Shown here piece after piece: positions 10,024 to 19,363 of a stretch of DNA of 64,000 nucleotides. The notes under the pieces were generated by a model. It made no database searches. It had not been told where the DNA came from and was given only the letters and a program-made list of their open reading frames with translations. Source of the DNA: Candidatus Limnocylindrales bacterium (GTDB taxonomy: Bacteria > Patescibacteriota > Microgenomatia > Levybacterales > UBA12049). The first letter of the stretch is position 1, and every line of letters starts with the position of its first letter. The stretch lies in contig DATLDE010000002.1 in assembly GCA_035526025.1 (NCBI GenBank), positions 2,340-66,339 on the forward strand, in the 5' to 3' direction. A program made the position numbers and the translations under genes.

Positions 10024-11073
10024 TTATTTACTATCTAATCTTAGCATCTCCAAATTTCTGAGATCATGTTTGCCTACAAATTCTTCATGTGTTGTTGTTG
10101 CAATTGTTTGATACAGATTCATCAAATTCAATACATGTGTTATGTTGCCACTATCCAATTCTGAAAAAACATCATCAAGTAAAAGTAACGGCTCATTTGC
10201 TGTCCTCTCTTTTATGATAGCAATTTGAGCGAGTTTCAACTCAAGTGACACGAGCCTTTGTTGTCCACGCGAACCAAAGTATCTAACTTCCTCTTTTGTT
10301 TTCGAAAGCTTATTAAGAGACTTTATCATTACATCATCTCTATGAGGTCCGACCAATGTCACACCAGCACCCACTTCAGCATTTTTATATTGCAAAAGTC
10401 TTTCTTCTGAGATTACACTTTGATCATATATCATATCAAAATCAAAAATTTCTTTAGTTCTGTTATTAATATACTCAATTAATTTTGCTCTTTTACCCGA
10501 AATGCTTTGCCCATTTTTTATTAGCAAGTCATCCCAATAAGCAAAAAGCTTATCATCCCGTGCACCTGTTTCCTGAGCTTGTTCTAAAAGTGCATTTCTT
10601 TGCCTAAGAGCTTTCCCATACAAAATAAGTGCCTGGTGATATTCAGGATCCACCTGAGTGAGTACTTCGTCAAGAAACTTGCGCCTTACCCCAGGCTGCC
10701 CTGCAACTAGATCCAGATCTACTGGAGTAAATAAAACTACAGGCATTTTTGTCGCAAAATCAGATCGTTTTTTGGAAACACCATTTATCATATATTTCTT
10801 CTGAAGAAATCCGGTTGAGGTTTCTGAAAAAATTATTTCCAGCTCATCCTCTACAACTCCTTTAACATTACATACTTTTTGACCAATTCTCAAAATTTGC
10901 TTATCCTTATCCGTACGAAAGCTTTTTCCTGTTGAAAGCATATAAATTGCTTCAATGATATTTGTCTTTCCAACAGCGTTGGGTCCGATGATAATTGTGA
11001 TATTTTTATTAAAATTAAAACCTGATTTAGTATAGCTTCTGAAGTTCCGAAGATTAAGGCTTTTTAAAACCAT
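10024..11073 (-). CDS. recF: DNA replication and repair protein RecF
   Basis: N-terminal LRNFRSY...GPNAVGKTNIIEAI Walker A (SMC-like), 349 aa, signature LLLDDVFSELD. Confidence 0.85.
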   Translation of the reverse strand: MVLKSLNLRNFRSYTKSGFNFNKNITIIIGPNAVGKTNIIEAIYMLSTGKSFRTDKDKQILRIGQKVCNVKGVVEDELEIIFSETSTGFLQKKYMINGVSKKRSDFATKMPVVLFTPVDLDLVAGQPGVRRKFLDEVLTQVDPEYHQALILYGKALRQRNALLEQAQETGARDDKLFAYWDDLLIKNGQSISGKRAKLIEYINNRTKEIFDFDMIYDQSVISEERLLQYKNAEVGAGVTLVGPHRDDVMIKSLNKLSKTKEEVRYFGSRGQQRLVSLELKLAQIAIIKERTANEPLLLLDDVFSELDSGNITHVLNLMNLYQTIATTTHEEFVGKHDLRNLEMLRLDSK

Positions 11074-11783
11074 TATTCGATAGTAGTTCCGACAAAGTCT
11101 TCTCCTTTAAAATATTTCTCTATGTTTCCAAAATCCTGACCAGACAGTATAACTACTTTTACTCCAAGTTCCTCTGCCTTCTTTGCAGCAATTGGATCAA
11201 ATGGTGCATTCATTCCAGGTGTCCATACATCTCCTACAATTTTACGAAAATCTGCCCAATTGATATTTTTTATTGGTTTGGCATCAGTAAATTTATTTGG
11301 ATCCTGATCAAAAACTTGCTTTATATTACTTAAATTAATCACTGTATCTACGCCATAATCCTGCCCAATTAACACAGCACAGTAATCAGTTGACCATCCC
11401 GGCTTCCAGCCCGCACCCACAATTACAGGTTCTTCAGCTTTTCTGATGATATCAAAGTTCTTAATAATATGAGGATGAGCAATGTCACGAAAAATTGTGC
11501 GGACAAGATGGGCGTTCAAACGACTCGAGTGGATCCCAAGCCAGTCAAGATCATCACGCGATAATCTGTGTTCTATTACTTCCTGACCGGCATCAATATA
11601 TTGTCTTGCTGTTGCACCGCCCCCAGTAACCAAAAAAAACTGGCGATTGGGATCTTCTGCCAGCTTCTCTCTTATAAAGTTGTTGAGGTTCTTGAGAAAT
11701 TCAATTCCTATCCCGGCACTTGGGACGATGAGGGATCCTCCAACTGAAATAATTATTCGCTTACGACCATGCTTGTTACCCAT
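11073..11783 (-). CDS. pyrH: UMP kinase, archaeal type (amino-acid kinase family)
   Basis: IISVGGSLIVP, VTGGGATARQYI and a C-terminal GTTIE match archaeal-type PyrH at about 225-235 aa. 236 aa. Confidence 0.7.
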   Translation of the reverse strand: MGNKHGRKRIIISVGGSLIVPSAGIGIEFLKNLNNFIREKLAEDPNRQFFLVTGGGATARQYIDAGQEVIEHRLSRDDLDWLGIHSSRLNAHLVRTIFRDIAHPHIIKNFDIIRKAEEPVIVGAGWKPGWSTDYCAVLIGQDYGVDTVINLSNIKQVFDQDPNKFTDAKPIKNINWADFRKIVGDVWTPGMNAPFDPIAAKKAEELGVKVVILSGQDFGNIEKYFKGEDFVGTTIE

Positions 11784-11875
11784 AAATTTAGCTTTCTAAA
11801 TACTTTCTCTAACTATGAATGATACCAAAAAGCAGCCTGAAAAACAAATACCTATTTCCGAAATTTTGGCCTGTA

Positions 11876-12721
11876 CTAGAGTTGGCAGACGGGACAGAAG
11901 AATGTACCACGGCCTCCCAAGTAATACTTCTCTATTTTTGTTGTTTTGCAGCGCTGGCATAATTTACCTTTCTGCGCATAGACCCGAAAATGATTTTGAT
12001 ATCCTCCATCTTTTCCTTCAGCTGTTACAAATTGCAATTCCGATGCTCCTCCATATTTTATGCCTTCCTTAAGCACTGCTATGATATTGTCATAAAGTTC
12101 TTTTTGATCACTGGAATCTAAACTATTTGCAGATTTTTTTGGATCTATCTTACTCATCCAAAGAGAATCATTGGCATATATATTTCCAATTCCTCCAATT
12201 CTCGCCTGGTCCATAAGAACAACTTTAATTGCAGTTTTGGATTTGCTAAGAATTTCTCTGAACTTTTCCAGATCAAGATCTTTAAATGGCTCAGGCCCTA
12301 GCTTGCCAACAAATTCTGAAGTCTCAACATCTTTTGTGTCAAATATTTTAATCCACCCGAATTGCCTAAGGTCGTTATAGTAGAGAATTCCTCCACGGTC
12401 TAATTTAAAAACAACACGAGTATGAGGTCCAGGGACACTTCCGACTTTTTTGGATAGCTCAACTTTTTCTTTTAAATTCGGTCCACGGTAAATCAACTGT
12501 CCGGTTAATTTAACATGAGTAATAATTGATTTTCCATTTGATAGGTCAAAAACCAAGACTTTAGCAAACCGGCGGACATCTTTTATCTTAGCTCCAATTA
12601 TTTGCTTTTTATCATCACGGAAAATCCGTGTAGATTTTATCTCAATATCTAGGATCTTATGTCCCACCAGATATTTATATAGTCCTATTTTTAAAGTTTC
12701 GACTTCAGGTAGCTCCGGCAT
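11876..12721 (-). CDS. fpg: formamidopyrimidine-DNA glycosylase (Fpg/Nei family)
   Basis: N-terminal MPELPEVE (catalytic Pro2/Glu3) and C-terminal zinc finger CQRC...CPVCQ. 281 aa. Confidence 0.85.
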   Translation of the reverse strand: MPELPEVETLKIGLYKYLVGHKILDIEIKSTRIFRDDKKQIIGAKIKDVRRFAKVLVFDLSNGKSIITHVKLTGQLIYRGPNLKEKVELSKKVGSVPGPHTRVVFKLDRGGILYYNDLRQFGWIKIFDTKDVETSEFVGKLGPEPFKDLDLEKFREILSKSKTAIKVVLMDQARIGGIGNIYANDSLWMSKIDPKKSANSLDSSDQKELYDNIIAVLKEGIKYGGASELQFVTAEGKDGGYQNHFRVYAQKGKLCQRCKTTKIEKYYLGGRGTFFCPVCQL

Positions 12722-12728
12722 AGAAGAA

Positions 12729-13136
12729 TTATAACAGACCTTCCTTGATTTGTTTTATCAAAGGGCGTGGTAAAGGAAGACTATTCAAATCCGATTTAAA
12801 AAACCATTTCAGCTCTATCAGGTCATCTCCTGCTATGACTTCCAAACTTTTTGCTCTCATATTATATACCAAAAATACATAATGAGTCTTTTCCCCATGC
12901 TTGTCCGGTTCAAAATCCTCATCAAACACAATTCTTTCCAACTTATAAACTTCCAAACCTGTTTCTTCTTTTACTTCTCTAAGTATTGCTTCATCAATTG
13001 TTTCCTCCCCCAAATTTACCCCTCCTCCTGGTAAATGCCAAGTATCAGGATAAGGACCTACACCAGGTTTTTTACGTCCCAGCAAAATCTTCCCATCCTT
13101 TTCAATTACAGCTGCGACAATAACTCTAGACTTCAT
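12729..13136 (-). CDS. NUDIX hydrolase
   Basis: Nudix box GGGVNLGEETIDEAILREVKEETGLEV. Confidence 0.8.
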   Translation of the reverse strand: MKSRVIVAAVIEKDGKILLGRKKPGVGPYPDTWHLPGGGVNLGEETIDEAILREVKEETGLEVYKLERIVFDEDFEPDKHGEKTHYVFLVYNMRAKSLEVIAGDDLIELKWFFKSDLNSLPLPRPLIKQIKEGLL

Positions 13137-13145
13137 AAGATTATT

Positions 13146-13436
13146 TCAATTTATATTTGGAAATCTAATTAATTCAACATTATTATAATAACCAATAAGA
13201 CTAATAATAAAATAGACAGTGAATGCTAGAGCAAATCCGATAATTGACCATTTTAACTTTCTCTTTGCTACGTGCAATTTAGATTTATCTCCACCTGCTA
13301 AAAACCATTGGATGCCAGCAACAACAATAAAGATCAACGGTAAAATAATAGAAACAACCACAACAAGCGAGATACTGTCACGGATTAACCCCACATGCGT
13401 AGGCATACCTCCATCAGACATAGAAATATAATTCAT
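13146..13436 (-). CDS. small two-TM membrane protein, possibly TrbC/VirB2-like pilin
   Basis: 96 aa with two hydrophobic helices separated by a basic loop (AGIQWFLAGGDKSKLHVAKRKLKWSIIGFALAF). Pattern resembles TrbC/VirB2 pilins but is not diagnostic. Confidence 0.35.
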   Translation of the reverse strand: MNYISMSDGGMPTHVGLIRDSISLVVVVSIILPLIFIVVAGIQWFLAGGDKSKLHVAKRKLKWSIIGFALAFTVYFIISLIGYYNNVELIRFPNIN

Positions 13437-14545
13437 ATTTTTATTTTGGATTTAACAAACTCTTGTATATTTTTTTTAAACCGTTCTTTTGAGAATTTTT
13501 TTGCTTGCTTTATACACTCGTCGGGACTTATTTTCATCTTTTCAAACTTTTTGATTACATCGTTCAATTTCTCTGGAGTATTTTCATCAAAAAATAACCC
13601 TGTTTTTCCGTCTACGACGGTCTCTTTAACCCCTCCACTTTTATATGCTAGAACAGGTGTCCCCATACCCATCGCCTCAACTGGTGTGATCCCAAAATCC
13701 TCGTCATGTGATGTAAACATAAAAGCTTTTGCATTTCTCATTAATTCCAGTTTCTCAGAATCTGACACTTCTCCAACAAACTCAATGTTTTTATTAGCTA
13801 TCTCCTTTAGCTCTTCCTCATATCCTGCAAAACCCTTTCCAAAAATCTTAAGAGTCAAACCGTTGCTGTTAAACGCCTTTACGATAACATCAATTCCTTT
13901 AGCTCTCGCCAATCTTCCACCAGTTAAATAATAATTTTTATCCTCATGATTGCTGATTGCTGATTGCTGATTGCTGATATCAACAGGTGGATATATTACT
14001 GTTGCGTCACGTCTATAAAACTTTTTAATTCTTGCTGCGACTTCATCAGAATTTGCTATAAAGTAATCTACATTTTTACTGGAATTAAAATCAGTCATTC
14101 TCAGAAAGTGATTTGCTACTTGGGCAACTGCTGCAATGATTTTGTGCTTCTTCCAGTCCCTAGCTGTCGCATACCCATACAGATAACGAGGCGGGGTGTG
14201 GGTATAGCAAATCTGTAGCGCAGACTTCTTTTTGATCAAATTGGGAAAGTATGCACCGGTTTGGGAGACGATAACAACGTCATAACTGGATAAATCCAAT
14301 GATGAAAAAGCTATGGTCGATAGAAGTCTAAGTGGGGAAATAAGCTTATGACGGAAAGGAATGCTATTGAGAAAAGTTGTTTTGATGTTATATTTTTCAA
14401 ATCGGGCTTTGTGTGGCCCCAAAAATTCAGGCGCATAAAGTGACGTAAAAACATCAGCATCAGGATAAATCTCCAAAAGCGTTTCCAGAACTCTCTCTGC
14501 GCCTCCATATTCTTTTATATAATCATGCACTATCGCTACTTTCAT
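13433..14545 (-). CDS. glycosyltransferase family 4 (GT-B, GT1 clan)
   Basis: EDFGITPVEAMGMGTPVLA (E-x7-E motif region of retaining GT4 enzymes). 370 aa. Contains a (GATTGCT)x4 tandem repeat at 13948-13978. Confidence 0.8.
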   Translation of the reverse strand: MKVAIVHDYIKEYGGAERVLETLLEIYPDADVFTSLYAPEFLGPHKARFEKYNIKTTFLNSIPFRHKLISPLRLLSTIAFSSLDLSSYDVVIVSQTGAYFPNLIKKKSALQICYTHTPPRYLYGYATARDWKKHKIIAAVAQVANHFLRMTDFNSSKNVDYFIANSDEVAARIKKFYRRDATVIYPPVDISNQQSAISNHEDKNYYLTGGRLARAKGIDVIVKAFNSNGLTLKIFGKGFAGYEEELKEIANKNIEFVGEVSDSEKLELMRNAKAFMFTSHDEDFGITPVEAMGMGTPVLAYKSGGVKETVVDGKTGLFFDENTPEKLNDVIKKFEKMKISPDECIKQAKKFSKERFKKNIQEFVKSKIKI

Positions 14546-15195
14546 ACTTTTATTTCAGCAAGGCTTGAGAACACACTATCTGCTCCTGCTTTTTTTAATT
14601 CTTCCTGAATTGATTGATCAGAATTCACTGCGTAAACCGTCATTCCTGCCGCTTTTCCAGCTAAAACACCACTTGGCGCATCTTCAAAAACTAAGCACTC
14701 AGCAGGATTAACCCTAAGGCGTTTTGCTGCTTCCAGAAAAACATCAGGTTCTGGCTTCCCTTTTTTAACTTCATCGCTGGATACAATAATTATGAAAAAG
14801 TCTAAGATTTGTAATTTTCTTAATATCTCAACTAATTTCTCTTTAGGGTATCCACCTGTTGCTATTGCAAGCTTTAGGCCTTTTTTGTGCATAGACTCAA
14901 CTATTTTAGCAGCTCCCGTCATTAACGAAACATTTGGCAATAAAATTTTATAGAGAATACTTCTCCTTTCGGCAACTAACTCATCGGTGTCCCCGACAAG
15001 TCCCGCTTCGCGTTTATAAACTTCAATTGCTTCTCGTGCGCCCCGCCCATGAGCTTTCCTTTTATACTCTATTGAGAACTTCTTTTTCTGTTTTTTAAAT
15101 AGCAGAGCAATTGACTCAGTCCAGTATGGCTCAGAATCAATCAGCAAGCCATCCAAATCAAAGATAACCGCTTTAATATTTTTAGGAATCTTCAT
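14542..15195 (-). CDS. HAD-superfamily hydrolase, beta-phosphoglucomutase-like subfamily IA
   Basis: HAD motif I VIFDLDGLLIDSE, motif III KGKPEPDVF and motif IV VFEDAPSGV. Start moved to ATG 15193-15195 (MKIPKNIKAV), which removes the overlap with the downstream + strand gene. Confidence 0.75.
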   Translation of the reverse strand: MKIPKNIKAVIFDLDGLLIDSEPYWTESIALLFKKQKKKFSIEYKRKAHGRGAREAIEVYKREAGLVGDTDELVAERRSILYKILLPNVSLMTGAAKIVESMHKKGLKLAIATGGYPKEKLVEILRKLQILDFFIIIVSSDEVKKGKPEPDVFLEAAKRLRVNPAECLVFEDAPSGVLAGKAAGMTVYAVNSDQSIQEELKKAGADSVFSSLAEIKV

Positions 15196-15273
15196 CACCT
15201 GATTATAGCTTTTTAAAAAAAATTTATCGAGTCTAGCCCTTGACAGGAGCAGATCCTCTGCTAAAATTTCCTT

Positions 15274-15708
15274 ATGGCACTTTCCAATAATGAACCATGT
15301 TCTCATTGTGGTCGCTTCGCAAACCGCGGGGTCACCATCGATGCAATTATCATAAAAGATGACCAAGTACTACTTATTAAAAGAGGGGTTGAACCATTTA
15401 TGGGATATTGGGGATTACCTGGTGGTTATGTAGGTTGGGATGAAAATATTGCAGATGCTGTCAAACGGGAAGTAAAGGAAGAACTAGGTGTTTCTGCAAT
15501 ATCAGTAAAGGAGCTCGGAATATATAGTGACCCTTCAAGACATCCTAGGCAGTGTATTAATGTTCCTCATTACGTGGAAATTGAAGGCGAGCCAAAAGCT
15601 GGTGATGACGCACAGGAATTTAAGTATTTTCCATTAAATGAACTCCCAGAAGAAATGGCTTTTGACCACAAACAACTTATCCACGATTATTTAGCTAAAA
15701 AGTCATAA
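15274..15708 (+). CDS. NUDIX hydrolase
   Basis: Nudix box LPGGYVGWDENIADAVKREVKEELGV. 144 aa. Confidence 0.8.
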   Translation: MALSNNEPCSHCGRFANRGVTIDAIIIKDDQVLLIKRGVEPFMGYWGLPGGYVGWDENIADAVKREVKEELGVSAISVKELGIYSDPSRHPRQCINVPHYVEIEGEPKAGDDAQEFKYFPLNELPEEMAFDHKQLIHDYLAKKS

Positions 15709-15723
15709 TAAGTATATTTAAAA

Positions 15724-16668
15724 TTAAAGCAACTCCAACTGATCGCTTTTTTTCTTCTCCACCTTTGTCTCTTCTGGCTCTTTTGTCTCCTTTGTCTCAA
15801 TTCCGAAAATTGTATCGAGCCTTTTTGTCAGTGTGTTGAATCCCTGATCCAGAAATGCAACGCGTAGAGACGAAATATTAAAATCCGAACTCAGACATTT
15901 TTTAACATCAAATTGAATTGGTGCATCAGTCACAATTGTTGCGAGTTTTTTGGCAAGAGCCGCTTGTTCTGCGTCCGTTGCAAGTTTCAAAGCTATTTTT
16001 TCAGGAAGATTGGGAATGTTCTCATAAAGATTTTCAAATGTACCATATTGCTTAAGCAAATTTGCTGCACCTTTTGGACCAATCCCTGTCACTCCTGGGT
16101 ATCCATCAGATGCATCCCCAATCAAAGCTTTATAGTCAATAAATTGAGATGTTTTTACTCCGTATTTTTCCTCAACCGCTTTTTCATCAAAAAGTACTGT
16201 TTTTGTAATGCCAATAAGTGGCATAAGTACTTTTACTTTTCCATTTACCAGCTGGAGCATATCCCGATCTCCTGTAACAATTACAACTTCCATATTTTTT
16301 GTCAGCACAGCTTTTGTTGAGAGTGTACCAATAAGATCATCTGCCTCAAATCCCTCAAGTTCAAAAATCCCCACCTTCATCTTGTCCAGTAGTTCATGAA
16401 CCAGGACTATTTGTGGTACAAAATCCTCAGGCAATTCAACTCTATTGGCGTGATATCCGACAAATAAAGCCTTTCTGAAAGTGGGTGCTGCCATATCAAA
16501 ACAAACCGCGAGATACTCAGGCTTCTGCTCAGTAATGATTGAAAAAAGCATTGAGAAAAATCCATATACAGCATTTATGACCATGCCTTTGTTGTTGGTA
16601 AGAGGAGGATATGCATGATAAGCCCTGTGAAGAATAGCATTCCCATCAATAATTATTAGTTTCGACAC
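15724..16668 (-). CDS. 5'-3' exonuclease / flap endonuclease (Pol I N-terminal-domain homolog, standalone)
   Basis: N-terminal LIIIDGNAILHRAYHA...NAVYGF and the H3TH region, typical of the 53EXO family. 314 aa with no polymerase domain. Confidence 0.85.
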   Translation of the reverse strand: MSKLIIIDGNAILHRAYHAYPPLTNNKGMVINAVYGFFSMLFSIITEQKPEYLAVCFDMAAPTFRKALFVGYHANRVELPEDFVPQIVLVHELLDKMKVGIFELEGFEADDLIGTLSTKAVLTKNMEVVIVTGDRDMLQLVNGKVKVLMPLIGITKTVLFDEKAVEEKYGVKTSQFIDYKALIGDASDGYPGVTGIGPKGAANLLKQYGTFENLYENIPNLPEKIALKLATDAEQAALAKKLATIVTDAPIQFDVKKCLSSDFNISSLRVAFLDQGFNTLTKRLDTIFGIETKETKEPEETKVEKKKSDQLELL

Positions 16669-16689
16669 TTAGTAATTATACCACGAAGG

Positions 16690-17418
16690 CTAATCTGCTT
16701 TGGAAGGTGGAGAAAGTTTTCGGTAAACAAACGCTCCTGCTAGAGACACAACCGGCATTGCTACCAATAAACCGACAATTAAGGCTAATGCTCCAGCAAT
16801 AATTAAAAGTCCGAACAGCAACTCTAGAAAGATAATATTCCCAACATGACCTTTGGTTACCCGCCAGCTATTAATAAGCGATTCAACTATGCCCGATTTC
16901 TTATCTACAATAAAATAAGGATAAAAACTAAGTCTTGTTATAAGATATATAGAAACGAAACCGGAGATAACTGCAATCAGAAGAGTTATAATAGTATATA
17001 CCGGAAACAGGCTCATTTTTGACATTTGTTCATAGTTAAGAAGCAATAAGGTGACAGGAACAAAAGCTACGATTAATACAATAGAGTACATAAGCGATGC
17101 AAGAAAGTATCGCGTAATTAATTTTACTTTAAAAAGTGAATATAAATCAGAAAACTGAGATTTTTTGCCATCTACAAAGCTTAAATATATTTTAATAGCT
17201 CCAAGATATAGACCTAGAGAAACAATATAAACCACCACATTTACAAGTATTGAGATCATGAATTGATCTTTGAGGTATCCTGAAAGAATATTTGGAATGA
17301 ACTGAATCAGACAGGTTACCAACAACATTCCCAAAAGAAACCAAAAGTTTTTCTTAGTAGCCTCCCAGCCGAAACTGATTGCTTCTTTTTTGGAAAATGA
17401 TTTTGCGGTTATTGCCAT
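16690..17418 (-). CDS. polytopic membrane protein of unknown function
   Basis: 242 aa, about 6 predicted TM helices, no catalytic motif. Confidence 0.5.
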   Translation of the reverse strand: MAITAKSFSKKEAISFGWEATKKNFWFLLGMLLVTCLIQFIPNILSGYLKDQFMISILVNVVVYIVSLGLYLGAIKIYLSFVDGKKSQFSDLYSLFKVKLITRYFLASLMYSIVLIVAFVPVTLLLLNYEQMSKMSLFPVYTIITLLIAVISGFVSIYLITRLSFYPYFIVDKKSGIVESLINSWRVTKGHVGNIIFLELLFGLLIIAGALALIVGLLVAMPVVSLAGAFVYRKLSPPSKAD

Positions 17419-17468
17419 TGCTTAAATTCTGGCAGGGAATATGATTGCTGTCAACATGATTGGCTAAT

Positions 17469-19331
17469 TTAGTTCTTAGCGGATGTGGTTGCTGAATTTT
17501 TCTTAGGTCCGATGAGTTTTATAAAATCATCTGATTCAATTGTCTCTTTTTTAAGAAGTTCTGCTGCTAGCACATCTAGTTTTTTACGTAATTTTACAAG
17601 AATTTCATTTGCTTGTTTGTATGCAGTATCTGCAATTTTCTTAACTTCGGCATCTATCTTTGCAGCCATTTCTGGAGATACATCACTTTGCTCATATACT
17701 GATTTTTCTGAGTCATATGTGATGGGCCCAAGTGCACTCATCCCAAATTTGGTTACCATCGCACGCGCAACCTGGGTTGCTTTATTGATATCATCACTTG
17801 CTCCTGTTGTAACATCTTCAAATACAAGACTCTCAGCAGCGCGTCCCCCCATCATTACTGCAATTTGTTCTAGAAGGTGCGCCTTTGTTTCATGGACTCT
17901 ATCAATCGGCTCTGTCATTGTGTGTCCTAGTGACATCCCTCTTGAGACAATAGATATACGATGAATTGGATCAACATGTGGCATTTCCCATGCTACGAGT
18001 GCATGCCCTGCTTCGTGATATGCTGTCATCTTACGATCAAGATCTGACTGGAGACGCTTTTTCTCAGGACCCAACTTCACACGCGTTGCTGATTCTTCTA
18101 AATCTGCCATATCAATTGCTTTCTTACTAAGACGTGCTGCTGCAATTGCTGCTTCATTAAGCATATTTTCAAGATCTGCTCCTGAGAATCCAACAGTTCT
18201 CTTGGCTACTTTTTCCCAATTTACATGTGGATCAAATGGCTTGCCGCTTGCGTGAATTGTGAGGATTTTTTTGCGTCCTTCAACATCTGGAAGATCAAGA
18301 ACTACCCTTCTGTCAAATCTTCCCGGACGGACAAGTGCCGGATCCAAAACATCTGGCCTGTTGGTTGCTGCCATCACAATCACATGCTCATTTGGTGTAA
18401 ATCCATCCATTTCAACAAGAATCTGATTAAGGGTTTGCTCTCTTTCATCATGACCACCCATAAGTCCATTTCCGCGCTGCCTTCCGATTGCATCAACCTC
18501 ATCTATGAAAATAATTGAAGGCTGGGCTTTCTTTGCAGTATTGAAAAGATCACGTACTCTGGATGCACCAACTCCTACAAGCATTTCCATAAATTCAGAA
18601 CCTGCCATAGAGAAAAATGAAACATTCGCCTCACCCGCTGTTGCACGAGCCAAAAGCGTTTTTCCTGTTCCAGCGGGCCCTACCATAAGAACTCCTTTTG
18701 GAGTTCTGGCACCCATTGCTGTATATTTTGTAGGGTTTTTAAGAAAATCAACAATTTCTGTCAATTCCTGCTTTGCTTCATCTACTCCTGCGACATCCTT
18801 AAATGTCACTTTTGGATTATCTCTATTAAATAGCCTTGCGCGGGATTGACCGAATGAAAAGATACTATCCTGAGTACCTCTTGCTTGACGAAATATAAAG
18901 TAAAAGAATGCAATCATAAGAACCACGGGAAGAATTGCTGAGGCAATATTTAACCAGCCTGACAAAGCTGCATCATCTTTAACTGTAATCTTTGTATCAT
19001 TAAGAGGAATACTTGCGTCTTTAAAAATAGAATAGACATTTGAGCCTGGCTCTTTGACTGCTTGTGTTTCTTTACCATTTTTCTCAGTAACTGTAAGCTT
19101 GTCACCATTTACTGTTATTTGACTTACTTCTCCTTTCTTAACCTTAGAAATAACTTCAGAAAGAGGAACCAATTTTTTGTTTTCTGAGGATGTATTAAGC
19201 GCTGAAAATGCAATTAGAGAGAAAAGAACAAGAATGCTGTAAAGGAAAAAGTTCTTCCAGGAGAATTTGGTTTTGATTTTTATCGATCGCTTTTTACCGT
19301 TTGATACGCGTTTTTTACTGCCTGCCGCCAT
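17469..19331 (-). CDS. ftsH: ATP-dependent zinc metalloprotease FtsH
   Basis: N-terminal TM segments, AAA Walker [17 protein letters not shown] region and the zinc-binding HEAGHALV motif. Confidence 0.9.
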   Translation of the reverse strand: MAAGSKKRVSNGKKRSIKIKTKFSWKNFFLYSILVLFSLIAFSALNTSSENKKLVPLSEVISKVKKGEVSQITVNGDKLTVTEKNGKETQAVKEPGSNVYSIFKDASIPLNDTKITVKDDAALSGWLNIASAILPVVLMIAFFYFIFRQARGTQDSIFSFGQSRARLFNRDNPKVTFKDVAGVDEAKQELTEIVDFLKNPTKYTAMGARTPKGVLMVGPAGTGKTLLARATAGEANVSFFSMAGSEFMEMLVGVGASRVRDLFNTAKKAQPSIIFIDEVDAIGRQRGNGLMGGHDEREQTLNQILVEMDGFTPNEHVIVMAATNRPDVLDPALVRPGRFDRRVVLDLPDVEGRKKILTIHASGKPFDPHVNWEKVAKRTVGFSGADLENMLNEAAIAAARLSKKAIDMADLEESATRVKLGPEKKRLQSDLDRKMTAYHEAGHALVAWEMPHVDPIHRISIVSRGMSLGHTMTEPIDRVHETKAHLLEQIAVMMGGRAAESLVFEDVTTGASDDINKATQVARAMVTKFGMSALGPITYDSEKSVYEQSDVSPEMAAKIDAEVKKIADTAYKQANEILVKLRKKLDVLAAELLKKETIESDDFIKLIGPKKNSATTSAKN

Positions 19332-19363
19332 ATATGGAAAAAATTATATCACAAATTATGAGC

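Noticed and set aside
14542-15366. Long N-terminal extension of the HAD hydrolase ORF overlapping the convergent NUDIX gene
   Set aside because: The extension lacks similarity to HAD N-termini, and the conserved DxDG motif directly follows the internal ATG at 15195.
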